Shown: positions 26,601 to 40,214, counted from the whole stretch's first letter. The stretch is 62,872 bases of DNA, filler included, from Choristocarpus tenellus KU-1152 (GCA_964200185.2; 11 parts of 11 records of this genome joined end to end with filler, not necessarily neighbours in it); one strand, 5' to 3'. The notes: generated by a model from the sequence alone, not told the origin. Numbers and translations: made by a program.

Positions 26601-28760
26601 CCCACCTATCATTCCCTACAACAAACCATGTAACCCCTCTCAACCAAGCACACACCTGGTCCGCCCTACTGGTGAGGCTCTTGAAGAAGAGACCTATACA
26701 CCGTGTGCGAACTTCCTTGTAAGGCTCTGATGCCATGAACGCTGAAGGGTTGGTAACCATGACAATGTGCATCAGTCGAGTAGCAGATATCCTCAACTTC
26801 AAACAGTCACAGTAGTCACAGTAGTCACAGTAGTCACAGAAGATGGAGATAAAATAGAACAGAACAGGGAAAGGAGGGGCAGAGGAAGGGGACTGGGATT
26901 TAAAAAAAAAAAAGAGCACCTATTATCATATTGGATTTAATCCTTAACATTCACATCAAGGTTTTCAAATAGGTACCATGTTTAAGGCCAGCTGACTAAC
27001 TTGTAAATTTCCTGCTTTTCCATCAACTTGAAAATCGGCAGTTTGCGGGGTGGTTTGACATTAGGGCATTTACCGTCAATGGTAAATACTTTATATATTT
27101 ATATTTATATATATATACCATCAACAGTCATTTTCTTAGTCATACCATCACATCACCAACTATACCGAAAGCCAATACACAGACTTACAAAGCTACAATA
27201 AATATTGCATATACCTACTTGCCTTTCAATGTGAGGAATACTACGTTGCCCATGGTATTTCTTCTTACTTCGCTGTAAGAAATATAATTGCATTCTAACC
27301 CTAACCCTAACCTGGACAACATCCCCCCAAAGGTCGTACCCACAGGGTTGACCATAGATAGAAAATGACTATTATAAAATGGAGTACATTTTTCTGTGGT
27401 ATGTACAAGAACTGTAGCACTGTACTATTTATTACAAACTCTATTGATACAAGTAAAACACCACATCATAAATATACAAAACACAAAAAAGAAAATAGAA
27501 AACAACTCTCTAATTGGTGTGGAACTCGAACCATTCTCTGGGCTGAGATTAACTGGACTGTGGAAATCCCTGGGCTAAGACTCACGGCTCTGTGGCAGTC
27601 TCACCTGAACAGAATGTGGCAGTTCTGATGGTGACTGCATATCCCGTACACTGGTCTTGGATGGAAATCCTGTATGTACTGAGCGTGACCTACCAGATGA
27701 TCCACAAATTAACACACAACACAAAAAAAAAATGTGACATAAGAAAAACAGTCTCTAAAGATTAGCATTGTAAAACAAGCATGCAGCAATCCTCAACCAA
27801 ATCGTAACCCTTACCCACACACCAAACATCATCGTGTTGGGAAAACACACCACCATACCAACACAGAGAAAACACTGAAACAGTTGAGGCAAATGTGACA
27901 CAAGACCATCAACAGCATCAGAGGCTTTGGGGTGGAGGAGGCACATAGTACAAGGTGTCAGTGAGTATAATCTTGTCAGTTGGTGATGTCTAGTCTTGTC
28001 AGTTGATATTTAGTCTTTTCAGTGAGTGCTGGGGTCAACGGCACATGAGGTGAGGTGCAACTACTGCATCAACCAATTAAAACAAACCCAACAGCAATCA
28101 AATCAACTTTATTATTGGGTACCGTCTATCATATTAGAGATCCTCCTAGAGCTCCACCTAGTCAAACATAACTCTACATACCAAACACAACTCTACATCT
28201 CTGTTAGGAGCAACACTGTGTCATCAAACATGCCCATTACACTCCATCCACAATGTTCTATATAGCATGCATTGCTTTGCAGCTCTTGACAGGACAGGTT
28301 TTAAAAAAGCCTCAGAAACAACAAAATAGTTAATAATGACCGAAGAGGACAAGAAAATGACATTCAGTGCAAAATCTCTGTGACCAAGGGACAGGGGGCG
28401 AAATGTGTCCCACAGGAACATAACCACTTCTAAACTACTCAGTACTAGACCCTAGATTTGTGAGTGTATCTCATATGCAAACAGCAAACACCTACAAGCA
28501 ATTCTATGTGCACTTTGAAGGAACACAACAACACTCACACCAACGCACACAGGCAATTCGTAGTAAACTCACCCAGGGAGGGAGTTGTAGAGGGCCAAGG
28601 GAGGAGGGTTCACAGCCCGTGCTTGTTCAAGGTCGTCATTCTCAGTCATTTGGAGCACCTCTCTGAGCATTTGCATCACTTTGTTGCTGACTGTAAGCAG
28701 CTGTGGCTTAAGCATGAGGCAATATGTGAGGGCCTCCAGCATACCCACCTGCTGAGATGC
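20685..28760 (-). CDS. TRRAP: TRRAP/Tra1 (PIKK pseudokinase, HEAT region), internal fragment of 10 exons: 28760-28573, 27689-27605, 26796-26656, 26182-25901, 25669-25539, 25034-24899, 23499-23386, 22737-22580, 21992-21785, 20936-20685
   Basis: Motifs QVGMLEALTYCL, VQLRISATRLM, RCIGLFFKSL, MPKDLLQACLRPVLKNL...GLSRLLYLLSNWFNVTLGDKLFDYL, AAAIMGLFHLLP, SPFVVPLTKYLDRY and QYQGLRIV match Tra1/TRRAP; all exon phases are compatible. Confidence 0.92.
20980..21043. repeat. 21-bp minisatellite x3 (TTGTAGGAGTGGCACAAGAAG)
   Basis: Direct tandem copies in a TRRAP intron. Confidence 0.9.
21638..21740. repeat. Short-unit tandem repeat (ACATAGTATTA-like)
   Basis: Visible tandem array in a TRRAP intron. Confidence 0.85.
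22407..22434. repeat. Interstitial telomere-like (CCCTAA)n; shorter runs near 9959, 21237, 22525, 25452, 27296, 56992
   Basis: CCCTAACCCTAACCCTAACCCTAACCC seen directly. Confidence 0.85.
23914..24189. repeat. ~35-bp minisatellite, about 8 copies (AACTATCAATAACATCAATTAACTAACCTACCACT)
   Basis: Head-to-tail copies with no unique spacers, in a TRRAP intron. Confidence 0.92.
26377..26556. repeat. 18-bp minisatellite (ACATCAACAATACAAATT)
   Basis: About 10 tandem copies; source of the spurious YKLHQQ/TIQITS ORFs. Confidence 0.92.
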
Positions 28761-28960
28761 CTGTCATGACACCAACACCCACACCAAACATTATATCAAT
28801 GGTTAAAGTAAGGGAGATCCATGGAGAGGGAGGGAGTATAGAAATATCCAAGGGGGGGGGNNNNNNNNNNNNNNNNNNNNNNNNNNNNNNNNNNNNNNNN
28901 NNNNTTAATTAATTAANNNNNNNNNNNNNNNNNNNNNNNNNNNNNNNNNNNNNNNNNNNN

Positions 28961-29043
28961 TGTCTTAAAAGAACCCATGGGAAGCCAAGCCCCAAATGGA
29001 CAAACAGGTCAAAACCCGTACCCTCTAAGATACTTCCACACTC
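28961..29043 (-). mobile_element. MITE family A, end fragment at contig start
   Basis: ...CAAAACCCGTACCCTCTAAGATACTTCCACACTC. Confidence 0.75.
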
Positions 29044-29049
29044 CAGGCA

Positions 29050-30600
29050 TATTTACCACTAATAGTCTCCATTTTTCAAAGTCGCCTTAATACTGTCACA
29101 CCCAAGTTCACAGGATAATCTTTGTAGGGCATTGTGAGAATGGCACATTCCTGCTTGCAAAACTTGATGCAGCGGAGGAGGAATTTGAAGTGGTGAGAGT
29201 GAAGATTCATATAGTGGACCTGGCGAAGTGTTTATCATGTCACACAACCATTTAACAGGACCCCAAGTATTTCAGCAGTGAGCATTCGAATCTGATGCTC
29301 AAGTGATACACCTGTGGTTCTGTCATATTGCTCTTGGCTGTACTTTGTGGAAACAACTCCAGGCTCTTTGAAACCTTCAACTGATCTTGGCAGTGACTTC
29401 ATCAGTCTGCTTGCAGTGCTGTCCCAAACAGCGGATCTGCATATTGTCTGCAGCATGGTTGGAAGGTCTAAGGCACATGATCTCCATCTTCAACCAGACA
29501 TCGTCATCAGCCAGAATGACCTGGCCACTTTCACAATCACAGTCAACATCCTGGCCAAACTTCCTTGGGCCTTAGAAACAGTGCCCACATTCTACGCATA
29601 GAACATACCCCACAAGTGCTGCTCGAATTTTACCCCGCTCCATGTCGTTCCTCCTCCCCTTGCATGACTGTTTTCGCAGCTCCCTTCATGACGACAAGGT
29701 CTTTGGAGATGGCCAGGTCAGTGGTAAACTCCTCAAGTGCTACGTGCAGCATTACAGCAAAGAGAAGATACTGAAGAGGACGGGAGAAGGAATCCACCCT
29801 TGCCGAAGACATTTCCTGAACTCAAACCAATCTGTACACTCTCCACAGTTCATGTGGATGCATGTCCGCATTCCATCATATAGCTTGGGGATGACAGTAA
29901 GATCTTATCAGGCACTCAAAAGTTGGGAAGCACTTTCTATGAGAGATGAGGTCAACAGAGCCAAACGATTTCTGAAGGCCAAAAAAAACACGCAGAGAGG
30001 TAGATGTCTTTCCTGTCCTTCTTGCGGGTATGTAGGGTGTACATGAAGTCCACTCTGTTCTTCATGAAGTATGTTCTTCCGTTTCAGGAAAGTTCCCGGT
30101 CTTTCTACAACCTTTATGAGCATACTGTAGCGTGTGCCACCATGAGATGCCCCTTTAGATCCTTCCAAACCTGAAGCACATCATCGTAGTCCCATACAGT
30201 CAACACAATCTTCTGGAAACCCTGGAGGATCATCTGGTCCCATTGCCTTCCTGTTTGCCCGGATTGCTTTAACCATTTCCACCAGTGTTGGTACATCAGC
30301 GGTTGAATGCATCGCAACGTTCATCATTGGTAGAGGGATTCACCAGTACTGAGGTTGAGGTTGACAGATATGTCATATAGGAGCAATTCAAAGTGTGGGC
30401 TCCACCATTCGGTGATGAACCCTTGTCTCTCTGAAGAACCTGCTCGATTTGTGTCGGATTTGTAGGGAGTGGTCCTCTCTATCTTGAATACTCCCAGTGT
30501 TGGTAGAAACCAGCTCGATCCCCAAAGGTGATTATGGTATTCCATCTTCCTGCTACAGGTTTCAAGGAACTCCTAAAAGTTGAGGGTCCTCACCAGTTTG
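29050..30600 (-). mobile_element. Degenerate RTE-clade LINE reverse transcriptase
   Basis: Frameshifted motifs MVKAIRANRKAMGPDD, GECTDWFEFRKCLRQGWIPSPVLF, FAVMLHVALEEFTTDLAISKDLV and WGMFYA*NVGTVSKAQGSLARMLTVIV (YADD site decayed). Confidence 0.85.
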
Positions 30601-30926
30601 AACTGTTGCCCGTCACCTTCAACTTTTAAGGGGTCTGTGCGCTTTTGCTGCCATTCCTATTCCCACCCTTCCCAGGACTTCAAAAATCTTGTTTGAGCTT
30701 GGTCGCTTGCACACCAAATGCTCCGTGTGTGGGGGGGTTGTACATCTTGAATAACTTCAAACTAACAAACTTACGAAGTTACAAGTTTGTACTGATGGAT
30801 GGTCGGTCTGGTCTAACACAAATCAAATCCCAACATCAAAACCAAGAATAAGGGAAAACTGGTTTGAACGAATTCCCCCATATATGACCGAGAAATTAGG
30901 TACTGGCCTGTGCGCACTTGACGACA

Positions 30927-33093
30927 ATGGCTCTACGTAATCACATTCGATATGAACGCCGGACTGATGGTTCACATAGCCTTCGAAATTACGGGTCACT
31001 CAACGAGAGCCAGAGCGAACAGAACGAAGGTCGTGCGAGGGATGCCTCCAACAATCTCGACCTGTACGATGAGGACTGGGACGATGATGTTTACTACGCT
31101 GCAACAACAACAAAGTCGGGGCGACTCGGTTCAGTGCGAGACGTTCATCTCAGCGATCGAAAGTGCAAGGTCGACGAAAGCAGAACTGGCGATGATAGAG
31201 GGATTGAGACTGGAAGCACCAACTCCCATTCCAGCACCTTAACCAAGCGACGCTCTCTGAAGGTCTGTCTTAGTGCGATCTTCCGCTTTTGCTGGATGAC
31301 ACCGCAATGTGGCTGACCACAGAACTTGTGTTGTTGCACCCATGATATTGCTGCCTGTTCGTGCTTCCATTGCTCGAAGAACTAGTTTGCAACACGCCTA
31401 CTAGAGAAGGGCCGAAGCTTACTTCTTTAGTCTAGGGAAAGCAATCTACCTTCTTCTCCCGCGCTTTTTCTCGTCTTCCCCGCCTTTTATCGCTCTATTC
31501 ACTACTCTTGGTGCCAGTGGCGAGTAATTTCTTGGACACAACGTTACTCCACTTACAGCTGTCAGCTCCAACTTTGCCCAGGTACCCAACATGCGCCGCT
31601 CACTCCGACCACAGCATTCTGGAGAGCCTCCACCTTGCGCTACCATTGAAGGAAATAGGTATAGGCAGGGAGGGGAGGAGGGAAATGAAATATCGCTGAA
31701 AGGTGGTTTGCAATCTGCTAACGTGCGACTACCCTCTTCGAACAAACCAGCTAATACGAATGAAGGAACGGCAGGGCGGACAGAAGTGAGGATGCAATCC
31801 AAGGTGAAAGTCGGCGCATATCTTTCGATTACTCTTGGAAAAAGGAAAAAAAAATACCTTAGGCTTTAAAGGGGCACGCTATGCACTTCCAAGTGATCGC
31901 TTTTTCGCTGTTTGGCGTGCACCTTGTAAGAGTTGCAGTGGCCATAAGGAAGTTTGCCTCCTGTGTAACAGGGGTGTTGCGATGGACTATGGACCGGTTG
32001 CGATTGTTCTTTCGTGCAAGGAAGCTCATGCTTATTTTCAGTAAAGCACATTACACAAACTGATACGACTGTGGTGTGATAGGCTCTGTTGGCGATTTTA
32101 TCCTCTCACAATAATGCACCTCTTGACACTACACAACTTCCACTGCTGTCCTCTTCAATGATACAAACCCATAATACCAATACTCCCTCCAGCCACCTGG
32201 AAGTGAATTGGCAAGTCCATTAGTGTCGCTGCCAACCGAGGATGAGCCTACTGTGCCTGGAAGTGTACAGACTGAGTGTTCTTCAGGAACACGTACAGAG
32301 GGGAGGGAGTGCCTTGTGAACCTTCGTCGGATACCCCGCTCAGAGACTTCATTGGAGGCAGCGAGGGTGAGGAGGGCTATTACATACTAGGAGAGGGGGA
32401 GGGTTGAACCGCGGTGAATTTCATAACAGGAATGTTGTGCCACAATATTGTGTGATTCATAATACGTGTAGTGTCTCTCAATTCACCTAGATTGGTTTTT
32501 GGTATGGGGTTGGATTTCTTCATTTTTACGCTACTAGGATTGAAAGGGAGAGCTGTGTTTATAGCACTTGGATTGCCATACTCTCTCTATTCCAAGTTCA
32601 GTTGCAGGCATCTCTTGGCCTATGCACTGGTGGTGGTGAACAGCATTTATCTTGCCGCTTTTTTGTCACTGCCTTGCTGGAGAAATTACTCACATGTTTT
32701 TTTCATTACCTAAAACCTGAGTGTGCTGCACAAGAGGGCCTTGTCTTAAATTGTCATTTTTTGACCTCTTAGAGACTTCTCCCCACAATGCCCATGACAA
32801 AGTTCTGTTTTAAGGTGTCCACAAATATTTCACCTTGCTGATCTCATTGACATGGATAGCCCCAATTGTGCCATGAAACCAAGCCTATTCCTGAACTTCT
32901 TTCTTTTCCCTCATATACCTGAACATCAATATTCCTAGCACTGAACACTCTAATCTCTTTGCTCTTGTTGTCCTTGCCAGTCTCCCACCACCCCAGTTAG
33001 GGGACATGCCCCCATCACTATGCCCAACTCCCCTTTTGCCCACAGTGGAATGTTTCCGTCACGGAGGCGTCCCCGTCCACACTCGCAGTCAAG
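30927..33093 (+). CDS. Hypothetical low-complexity protein, 5' exons (approx. 30927-31262, 31582-31803, 32193-32366, 32981-33093), 3' partial
   Basis: Open, GC-richer segments bounded by AG/GT sites after an ATG at 30927; no recognisable domain. Confidence 0.5.
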
Positions 33094-34798
33094 GTAAGCA
33101 ACTTGAGAGCCCACCCCTATGTAAGGTGAAGTGCACTCAAACCCCAAGCTCAGGCACAACCCATTTCACAGACATAGATACACATACACATACACATGGC
33201 ATCCTTCCAAGCATACATCCCACAACCACTTCTTGTCGCAGCTTGGTGATAGTAGTAATAACATTTGCCATAATAACAATACAGCTAGTGTGAGATTGCT
33301 GGGATGGGTAATGTTAAGGGTCAATCATGTCCTGCTATTAATCCAATGTGACATATAGCCCATCCTCTTGCTGCAGATCTGGACACTTAAGCACGCCCCC
33401 CTACAGTATCCATCTGTGTACAATTTCTAGACGGCCGTTGTACTGATGCTTCCCCTTCCCCATACCAATCCCCCCTACCCTACCAACTATTCCTGTTTCT
33501 GTGGATGGAAACCCCAAAACATTTCCCCATTGCACACTCTGCCCTTCACTTGTGAATTTCTTTCTGCTACAAGGGTTAGAGGCAATGCTTGGCCTGAGCT
33601 CAGGGCGCCTGGTTCGCAAAGACAGCCCAACAAAGCAGCTCAAGCAGGGGGGGTTGGGGGAAACCATGCTGNNNNNNNNNNNNNNNNNNNNNNNNNNNNN
33701 NNNNNNNNNNNNNNNTTAATTAATTAANNNNNNNNNNNNNNNNNNNNNNNNNNNNNNNNNNNNNNNNNNNNGGGTACTGAGAGTGGACAAGATGGGGTGA
33801 CAAGATGTGTGTGCCGAGTGAGGGGGGGGGGGTAGGGGGCAGGATGGCCAACTATGTGGTACTACTTGAACGGAATCCGTTCAAGGTACGAGATACTTTG
33901 AAATTTGTACACTGTTCTGTAGATGTGTCCACTTTTCATGGCAGTAGTAGTTGCCTGTTTTGGCCTATTTTCCGAAACACTAACCCTAACTCTAAACTGT
34001 GTTGATGCTAAAGGGGTGATGTAAACAGAGCCCAGAATTGTGCAGGTTGTTGACATCGACAAGAAATCAGCACTTGCCTTCAACTGTGTGTCAGGGGGTT
34101 GGCAAGTTGGTGTATGGCAGGATGAAGTATTTCAAGAACGATGTCTGTTGAATACGCCATACTGTTGTCTGTTTCTTTCAAAGTCTACTGGATCACGGAC
34201 TAGACTGGAACACTAAGTATAGGTACGTTCCTGCAATGCTGATGAATATTGTTTTCAAGAAAACTAGAGGAAACGTGATTGAGAATATGTCAAGAGAGAC
34301 CGAACTCTTTCATATGGCCTGTGTACAGACCTGTGATGAGAATGGAGGGAGAGGCGGGTAAAATGAATATGGCATTCTCTCTCTACCGGGCGGGCGGGTC
34401 TCTTGGATGTGTAACTTGTAACTTGTAACTTGTGCATAGTTTGCACAAGTTGCCCAACTGTCCTGTTGCTGATCACTATTATACCATAGACTTGCACGCT
34501 GGAGAGTTGGAATGATTTGATGGACTTTCAAGTCCTAATCTCTGCCATGGTACATAACCCCTCCTCTCTGCCATAATGAGATGACATAAAATGAGTTGGT
34601 AAAGGATTGTTTTAGCCAGATACAATAGAAAGTGGATGTGCGTTACGGATTGTGGCGCCTCATGTGCTCCACTCTCCTCATCACAATATGATGGGAGGTA
34701 TCACTGTTGATAAAAGTAGATGGCGACTCTTGGATATATTATTCCATCATTATTATAGTCTAGGACGCATATTCTTCCCCCCCCCATATACTTCACAG

Positions 34799-36239
34799 GT
34801 TTGGTATCTGGAGTTTACCCCACCTCTGAGCTCATGGATGTTGCAACAGCAATGGCAGAAAAGATTGGGAGTATGTCATTGCCAGTGGCGATAATGGCCA
34901 AGGAGGCAGTAGGATCAGCTTTTGAGAACTCACTTTCTGAGGGGGTTCGCCTTGAGAGGAGAATGTTTCACAGCCTATTTGCCTTGGTGAGAGGGTTCTA
35001 CCACCATTACCGGTGAACATTCCTCCAATAGTCCCAATACTAACCACTAACCCTTCTTGCTCTATTAATAGGGCTGGGTATTGAAATGAATAGGGTGTAA
35101 CAATTACTAGTGTGGTTTTTTTTTAATTAGATGCACCAAATTGAATACTTAGTATGACCATGCATGCATGAGCACATAAAGCCTGGATTTTGATTACAAT
35201 ATGAAGTTATGTCTTGATGAATAAATTGTTATTGATTGGACCACTATAATCTACAACCATGTTGTGAGGCATTTTTCCTTGTCATTTTCAGATAGCGAGT
35301 TGGATTTCCATGGATGGCCTGTCTTTTTATGTGCTAGTGGGATGGATTGATTATTTACTTTCTATTTATTTATTTAGGGTTGTTCATTTTGACAAGGATT
35401 TGGTATGGTTTGATATATACCTGATTTGATTATATATATATTTTTTAACCTTGAAATGTATGTATTGGGACTCCCTGGTTGATGACATTTAGCCCCTAGA
35501 TGCAATATTGCCCAGGTTTGTCAATGAAGTTACCAGTCATTTCAATATTGGTATGTTGATTGCAAAAGCTTTTAGGACATGGGATATCTCCAAGAAGGTG
35601 AAAGAGAGGGGAGAGTGATGCAAGGATTCATTGGTGATGAGATTGACTGATCAAAATCACAAGGTGAACTTTCTTGTTGTTAAGCAGGATATTTTCTTCT
35701 CTGTTTGACCAGCCTTTTTGTATGGGGCATTAGTTTTAGATGGAAGTAAGTCATACTTGTCAGCAGGTTGATAACTCCTGCAGAACCTGGTTCTATCTGT
35801 CCTCTTGGCCTTTGTTGTTTTGTTATTTTAAATGGGTATTTTGAGTGAGTTGTGAGGAAGTGCATGACCAATTCATGGTTGAAGAGAGTATTGATGGTAA
35901 GTATGACCAATTCATGGTTGGAGAGAGTATTGATGATGAGTATGACCAGTTCATGGTTGAAGAGAGTATTGATGATAAGTATGAAAGAAAGGCACGAAGG
36001 CCAGTTTTTTTTCCTATGCACTGTATTTCAGTAGCACCCACATCTGTCACTCATTGCATCCCCTTGATTCTCCCCACTGATATCTCTTATTGCACTGGTG
36101 ATGTACCTTGTACCTTGTACCTTGTATGTATCATGTATGTACCATGTTTGCCTGCATGTGTGCGGTATTTTAGGAGGACCAAAAGGAAGGAATGGCTGCC
36201 TTTGCAGAGAAGCGTCAGCCACAGTGGAAGCACAAGTGA
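34799..36239 (+). CDS. ECHS1: Short-chain enoyl-CoA hydratase (crotonase family), last two exons 34799-34986 and 36174-36239
   Basis: GLVSGVYP...AKEAVGSAFENSLSEGVRLERRMFHSLFAL spliced to EDQKEGMAAFAEKRQPQWKHK* gives the classic ECHS1 C-terminus. Confidence 0.92.
35863..35984. repeat. 39-bp minisatellite x3
   Basis: ATGACCAATTCATGGTTGAAGAGAGTATTGATG repeated in the hydratase intron. Confidence 0.9.
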
Positions 36240-37790
36240 TCCATTCTCGGCAGAATGTAGGTAGATTGATCATTTTTCAAGCGCAGGCAATTGTGTAGGG
36301 TTAGGGTCAGAGGTTGGGGGTATCAGTTGCTGATGTGATGGTGAGATTCTTTGAAGAGGGGGCAGTGCAAGTTGCTATAGGTATGTTGCTTACGTATGTG
36401 CCCTGCTGATGATGTTGCGGAATTGTGATGGAAGATCTTGCGAGATGCATTTTGTACTCATTCCTGCGAGGGTGCTTGTGATTGGCATCCGCTTGTTCTG
36501 AACTTGGAGGGGACAAAAAGGGTAAGAGGGTTGGGGGTTGGACAAAGTCTGTAAGTGCATGTATGAAGCATTTGTGGGTCTCATGATATATGATTGAAAT
36601 AAAGCCTGACTCATAGGTTGAAATAGTGTTTTGTTGTTGAATTGTTGTCCGATACCACAGCAGTATATCTACAGTATTTGTGGTAGGGTCACTTCCACAG
36701 TACATGTAAGCAACTGGAAGGGTTTTGTTTGAGGTGGTGAAGCCTGTAGCTTTTAGTGATGCCTGAATGCCTACATCATTGCTTCAGCGTAGGAGACATT
36801 GCTTGCGACCCTTTTGGTGGTGACATTCTCAGTCATCAAGTGTTTAGAGCAGAAAAAATATATGACCTCTAAGTACTACTTCATACCCATTTTTGGTCGT
36901 TATAGACCCACCTCTCAATTTTTCTCCCCGAATGCTTGAACCACTTATTCTTGAGCCCCCTGTGAGGATACAAGGACAGCCTGAGAACTGCACAGATGGG
37001 GGAGAAAGAGAGGAGGTAGAGTCTAAAGGGTGTGCGGGAGATGCTTGAATGCTTTTGACAGTTGTCCCCTGAATCCAGTCCTCAGTACCCCATACATTAC
37101 AGTGATCTTCAGCTGAATCAACATATACATGAATCCAAGTGCTTACATGTATATATGTACAACTTATATGTGTATTGTATGGATAAAATGCTGGCATGAT
37201 AAGAATAGAGTGCTTATGGTTCTCCAAGTTCACCAAGTCAAAGTATTCTAGATGGTGGATTTTTGTAATTTTTTTCTCTATCTTGGGACTTGTAATTATG
37301 ATTACGGATACCACATTTTCATTGGTCAATCTGAGGAGGACCTCGTCAGGATTATTTGAAATGCACAAAAAAACAGTGGATGGATTTCGTGTTAATGGAT
37401 TGCAGGATACATAAAGGTGGAGATGCATGGAGAACCCCCAACAGAGTGGAGTATGTCTTGGTTGGGTGAGAGATCTGTGTGAGGATAAAAACAAGGGTGG
37501 GAATAGATGGACAAATAAATGCCCATGTGTATATACATAGTAGATGTATTCTAATGGCATCCCGTTCAGAATGTCTTACAGATAGGTATGAAGTCAGTCA
37601 GAAAGAATGCACTAAGAAGGGTGTACTAACTATGCAAGCACCTCCAACAGTGGGTGTTCCTTCCGCTCTTCTACTGTCTCTACACACTTTCCCCTTCACT
37701 CACTTCTTCTTCATCATATGTCCTTGTCCTATCTAGCTTCAAAATACTGTAAGTAATTTGCAGAACATGTACACTACTTGAACCCACAGA

Positions 37791-37964
37791 GGCTCAACGT
37801 ATCTGGGGGGGGTAGTGGCTATCCATTTGAGGCCTATTTTTCCATGTCGCATTTTTTGGGTGATTTGGTTCCATGTGTTGGATAATGTAAATGCACTTCT
37901 CCTGGTCAGAACCCAAATGGACACTCTGGTCTAGACCCCCCCCCTCATCCAGATACTTCGAGCC
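37791..37964 (-). mobile_element. MITE family B, full copy (174 bp), TSD AGA
   Basis: AGA|GGCTCAACGTATCTGGGGGG...CCCCCC..CCAGATACTTCGAGCC|AGA. Confidence 0.88.
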
Positions 37965-38107
37965 AGAACCAATGCGTAATAGCAAGCAATGAAGAAAATA
38001 TCAATACACAACAAAAGAAGATAACTACCCAGTGGTCTAGCCCCCCTCCCAAAAGACAACTTGTAGAAACTCCAGCATCAAGGACCAAAATAACTGCAAG
38101 GAAGGAC

Positions 38108-38185
38108 GTGCCATGTTCCATGGATAAGGCAGCAACTATCTGGATGAATTCAGGGGGTTCGAACCTCTTCAATGCCAGATTTCAT
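38108..38185 (+). pseudogene. Second, more decayed tRNA-like/SINE head
   Basis: TGTTCCATGGATAAGG...GGTTCGAACC..AATGCCAGATTTC resembles the 13567 copy (GGTTCGAACCC..GACGCCAGATATC). Confidence 0.4.
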
Positions 38186-38978
38186 TTCAAGGAAATCTGG
38201 TTTCGATGATGCTATACCATGTGACAACCCCAACAAATTATACACTTGCACCGTTCTGCCTGTGGTTATACCATAAAATTGCAGAACAAAAATTGAGGTG
38301 GAACTTCAGGGCAGGTCTAGCAGAAGATTTAAGAGAGGAGACAAAACGAGCAGTGGGAGAGAGCTGAACTCAATACATGAGAAGAAATGCATCAATAGAG
38401 GCAGTAAAATTAGTCGGTGCGAGAACTACCGCTGTGTGTGTATGTAGAGCCTCTGCATGTTGGGATTAAATGGTCAGACGAATATGACGCAACATAAGAA
38501 CTACTAATATATAATGTATCCACTGACAGCTCCACTTTATAAAAAATATGCAAGTCCCATACACTCATCAACATCATACACGTTTCACCACCAGTGCCAA
38601 TTAAGGTATGCTAGACCAGACCCCATATACAACCCAAAGCTCTGCAGGTAAGTATATTGTATGCATGGTGATTAGAAGGTGGAATTTACCTTCTTCCAGA
38701 TAGCAACGTCCGCACTCCCTGGATTGCCGTGAGTACACAATGCAACATTTGATGCGATATGATATGAAGCTTTGCACCCTTCTCTTTCACCTCGAAGGAA
38801 TATTCCAACCCAAGACACCACAACCGTTCTCCCTGGGCAACTTTGATCTAGATACATTTCTTACAGGTAATTCTGAATCACTCTTGTGATTTTATGTCTG
38901 GTTTGATTTTCAGCTTCCTGCCCTGAATTGTGTCTGTAAGCATGAATTTCATGTTTCAGACCAACTTAATAGCATAAG

Positions 38979-39246
38979 AAGTGAAAGTATCTCACAGAGG
39001 GTACGAGTTTTACCCTATCTGCCGTTTTGGGCTTGACTTCCCACGGGTATTTTATGACATTTTCTTACTCCAAATAGATTTGGAGTAGGTAAAATGTAAA
39101 CGTTTTAGAGTAGGTACCAGGTCTATGTCCTGAACAAGGATATTGACACTTCCTAACAAACATGGCAGCCAAAATTACATCAAACTTCAGCATTGAATTT
39201 TGACCCCCAAAAGGACGCGACTCTACCCTCTAAGATACTTTGACTC
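38979..39246 (+). mobile_element. MITE family A, full copy
   Basis: Both TIRs present; collinear with the other copies. Confidence 0.88.
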
Positions 39247-39339
39247 AAGGACAGGGAAAACTTACCGTTGCGATCTGGCAGTTTGTGGATTTTTGAAGTT
39301 CAAATCCAGTTTGTCTAAAGCATTCTGACAACACTTTCC

Positions 39340-40010
39340 TTGTTCTAAGTATCATTAGTGACAACTTAAAGAAGGTCAAGTGGTGGATTAAGCCAGTCCT
39401 CTTAGACCAGCAGAAAGTTAACAGGGTGGATTTCTTAATCAGTCACACGCACAGGAGGGGGAAAGTGGAGTATCAATGGATTTTCTATATGACGGATTCA
39501 TGTGGACGAGAAGTGGCTTTACATCCTCAAAGATGGGCAAGGTGTGTACCTTGACCCCATGGGCACATAAGCGTTACATTACGAAGGCGATGTTCATTGC
39601 AGGTGTAGTCCGACCGAGGAAGCTCGCCAACGGGGTGTGGTTCGATGGGAGAATCAGGATCTGGCCAATCGTGGAAACAAAAGTCGCTCAGCGCTTCAGC
39701 AAACACTGCCCCAAGGGTGCCAAGGTGCTTGCGCCATGATTGAGGATTTCATCCCGACAATCAAGGCCTGTATGCCTAGACCGGAAGGACATATAATCTT
39801 TGTGCTGCAGGATGAGGCGAAGCGATACACCAAGAGGGGGATCATGGAGGCAATCGGGGAGGCAGTGGGAGACGAAACTTTCGTAGAGACCCACCCAGCC
39901 TTCCAACTCAACTGACCTCAACGTCAACGACCTGGGAGTATTTAATTCCATCCAGCAACTGAAATAAGGTATGTGGGTGATCAACACACAAGAGGTGGTG
40001 GAGACGAAGT
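39340..40010 (+). mobile_element. Plant/oomycete-type mariner (DD39D-like) transposase pseudogene
   Basis: Frameshifted motifs WIKPVLLDQQKVNRVDF, HVDEKWLYI, KRYITKAMFIAGVVRPR...WFDGRIRIWPIV, IFVLQDEAK and QPSNSTDLNVNDLGVFNSIQ. Confidence 0.9.
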
Positions 40011-40214
40011 AAAAATCTTGAGATCAATTTTTCTGTTCTGATACATATTTTGGAAAGTTGGTGGAACATTTCTGAAGATGACACTTCAACATGTCCCAAT
40101 TTATTACCGAACAATACGAAAATCAAAACTTGTACGTTTACACGTTAAATACCTCCAGGGTTTGTATTTCAAAAAATTCATACAAAATGGAATATGCTCA
40201 TACTCTTGAAAGAG

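Noticed and set aside
26298-26730. ORFs with YKLHQQ/TIQITS repeats
   Set aside because: Translations of an 18-bp intronic minisatellite, antisense to TRRAP.
36844-37560. 238-aa minus-strand ORF
   Set aside because: No recognisable motif and composition typical of non-coding sequence; probably a chance ORF.
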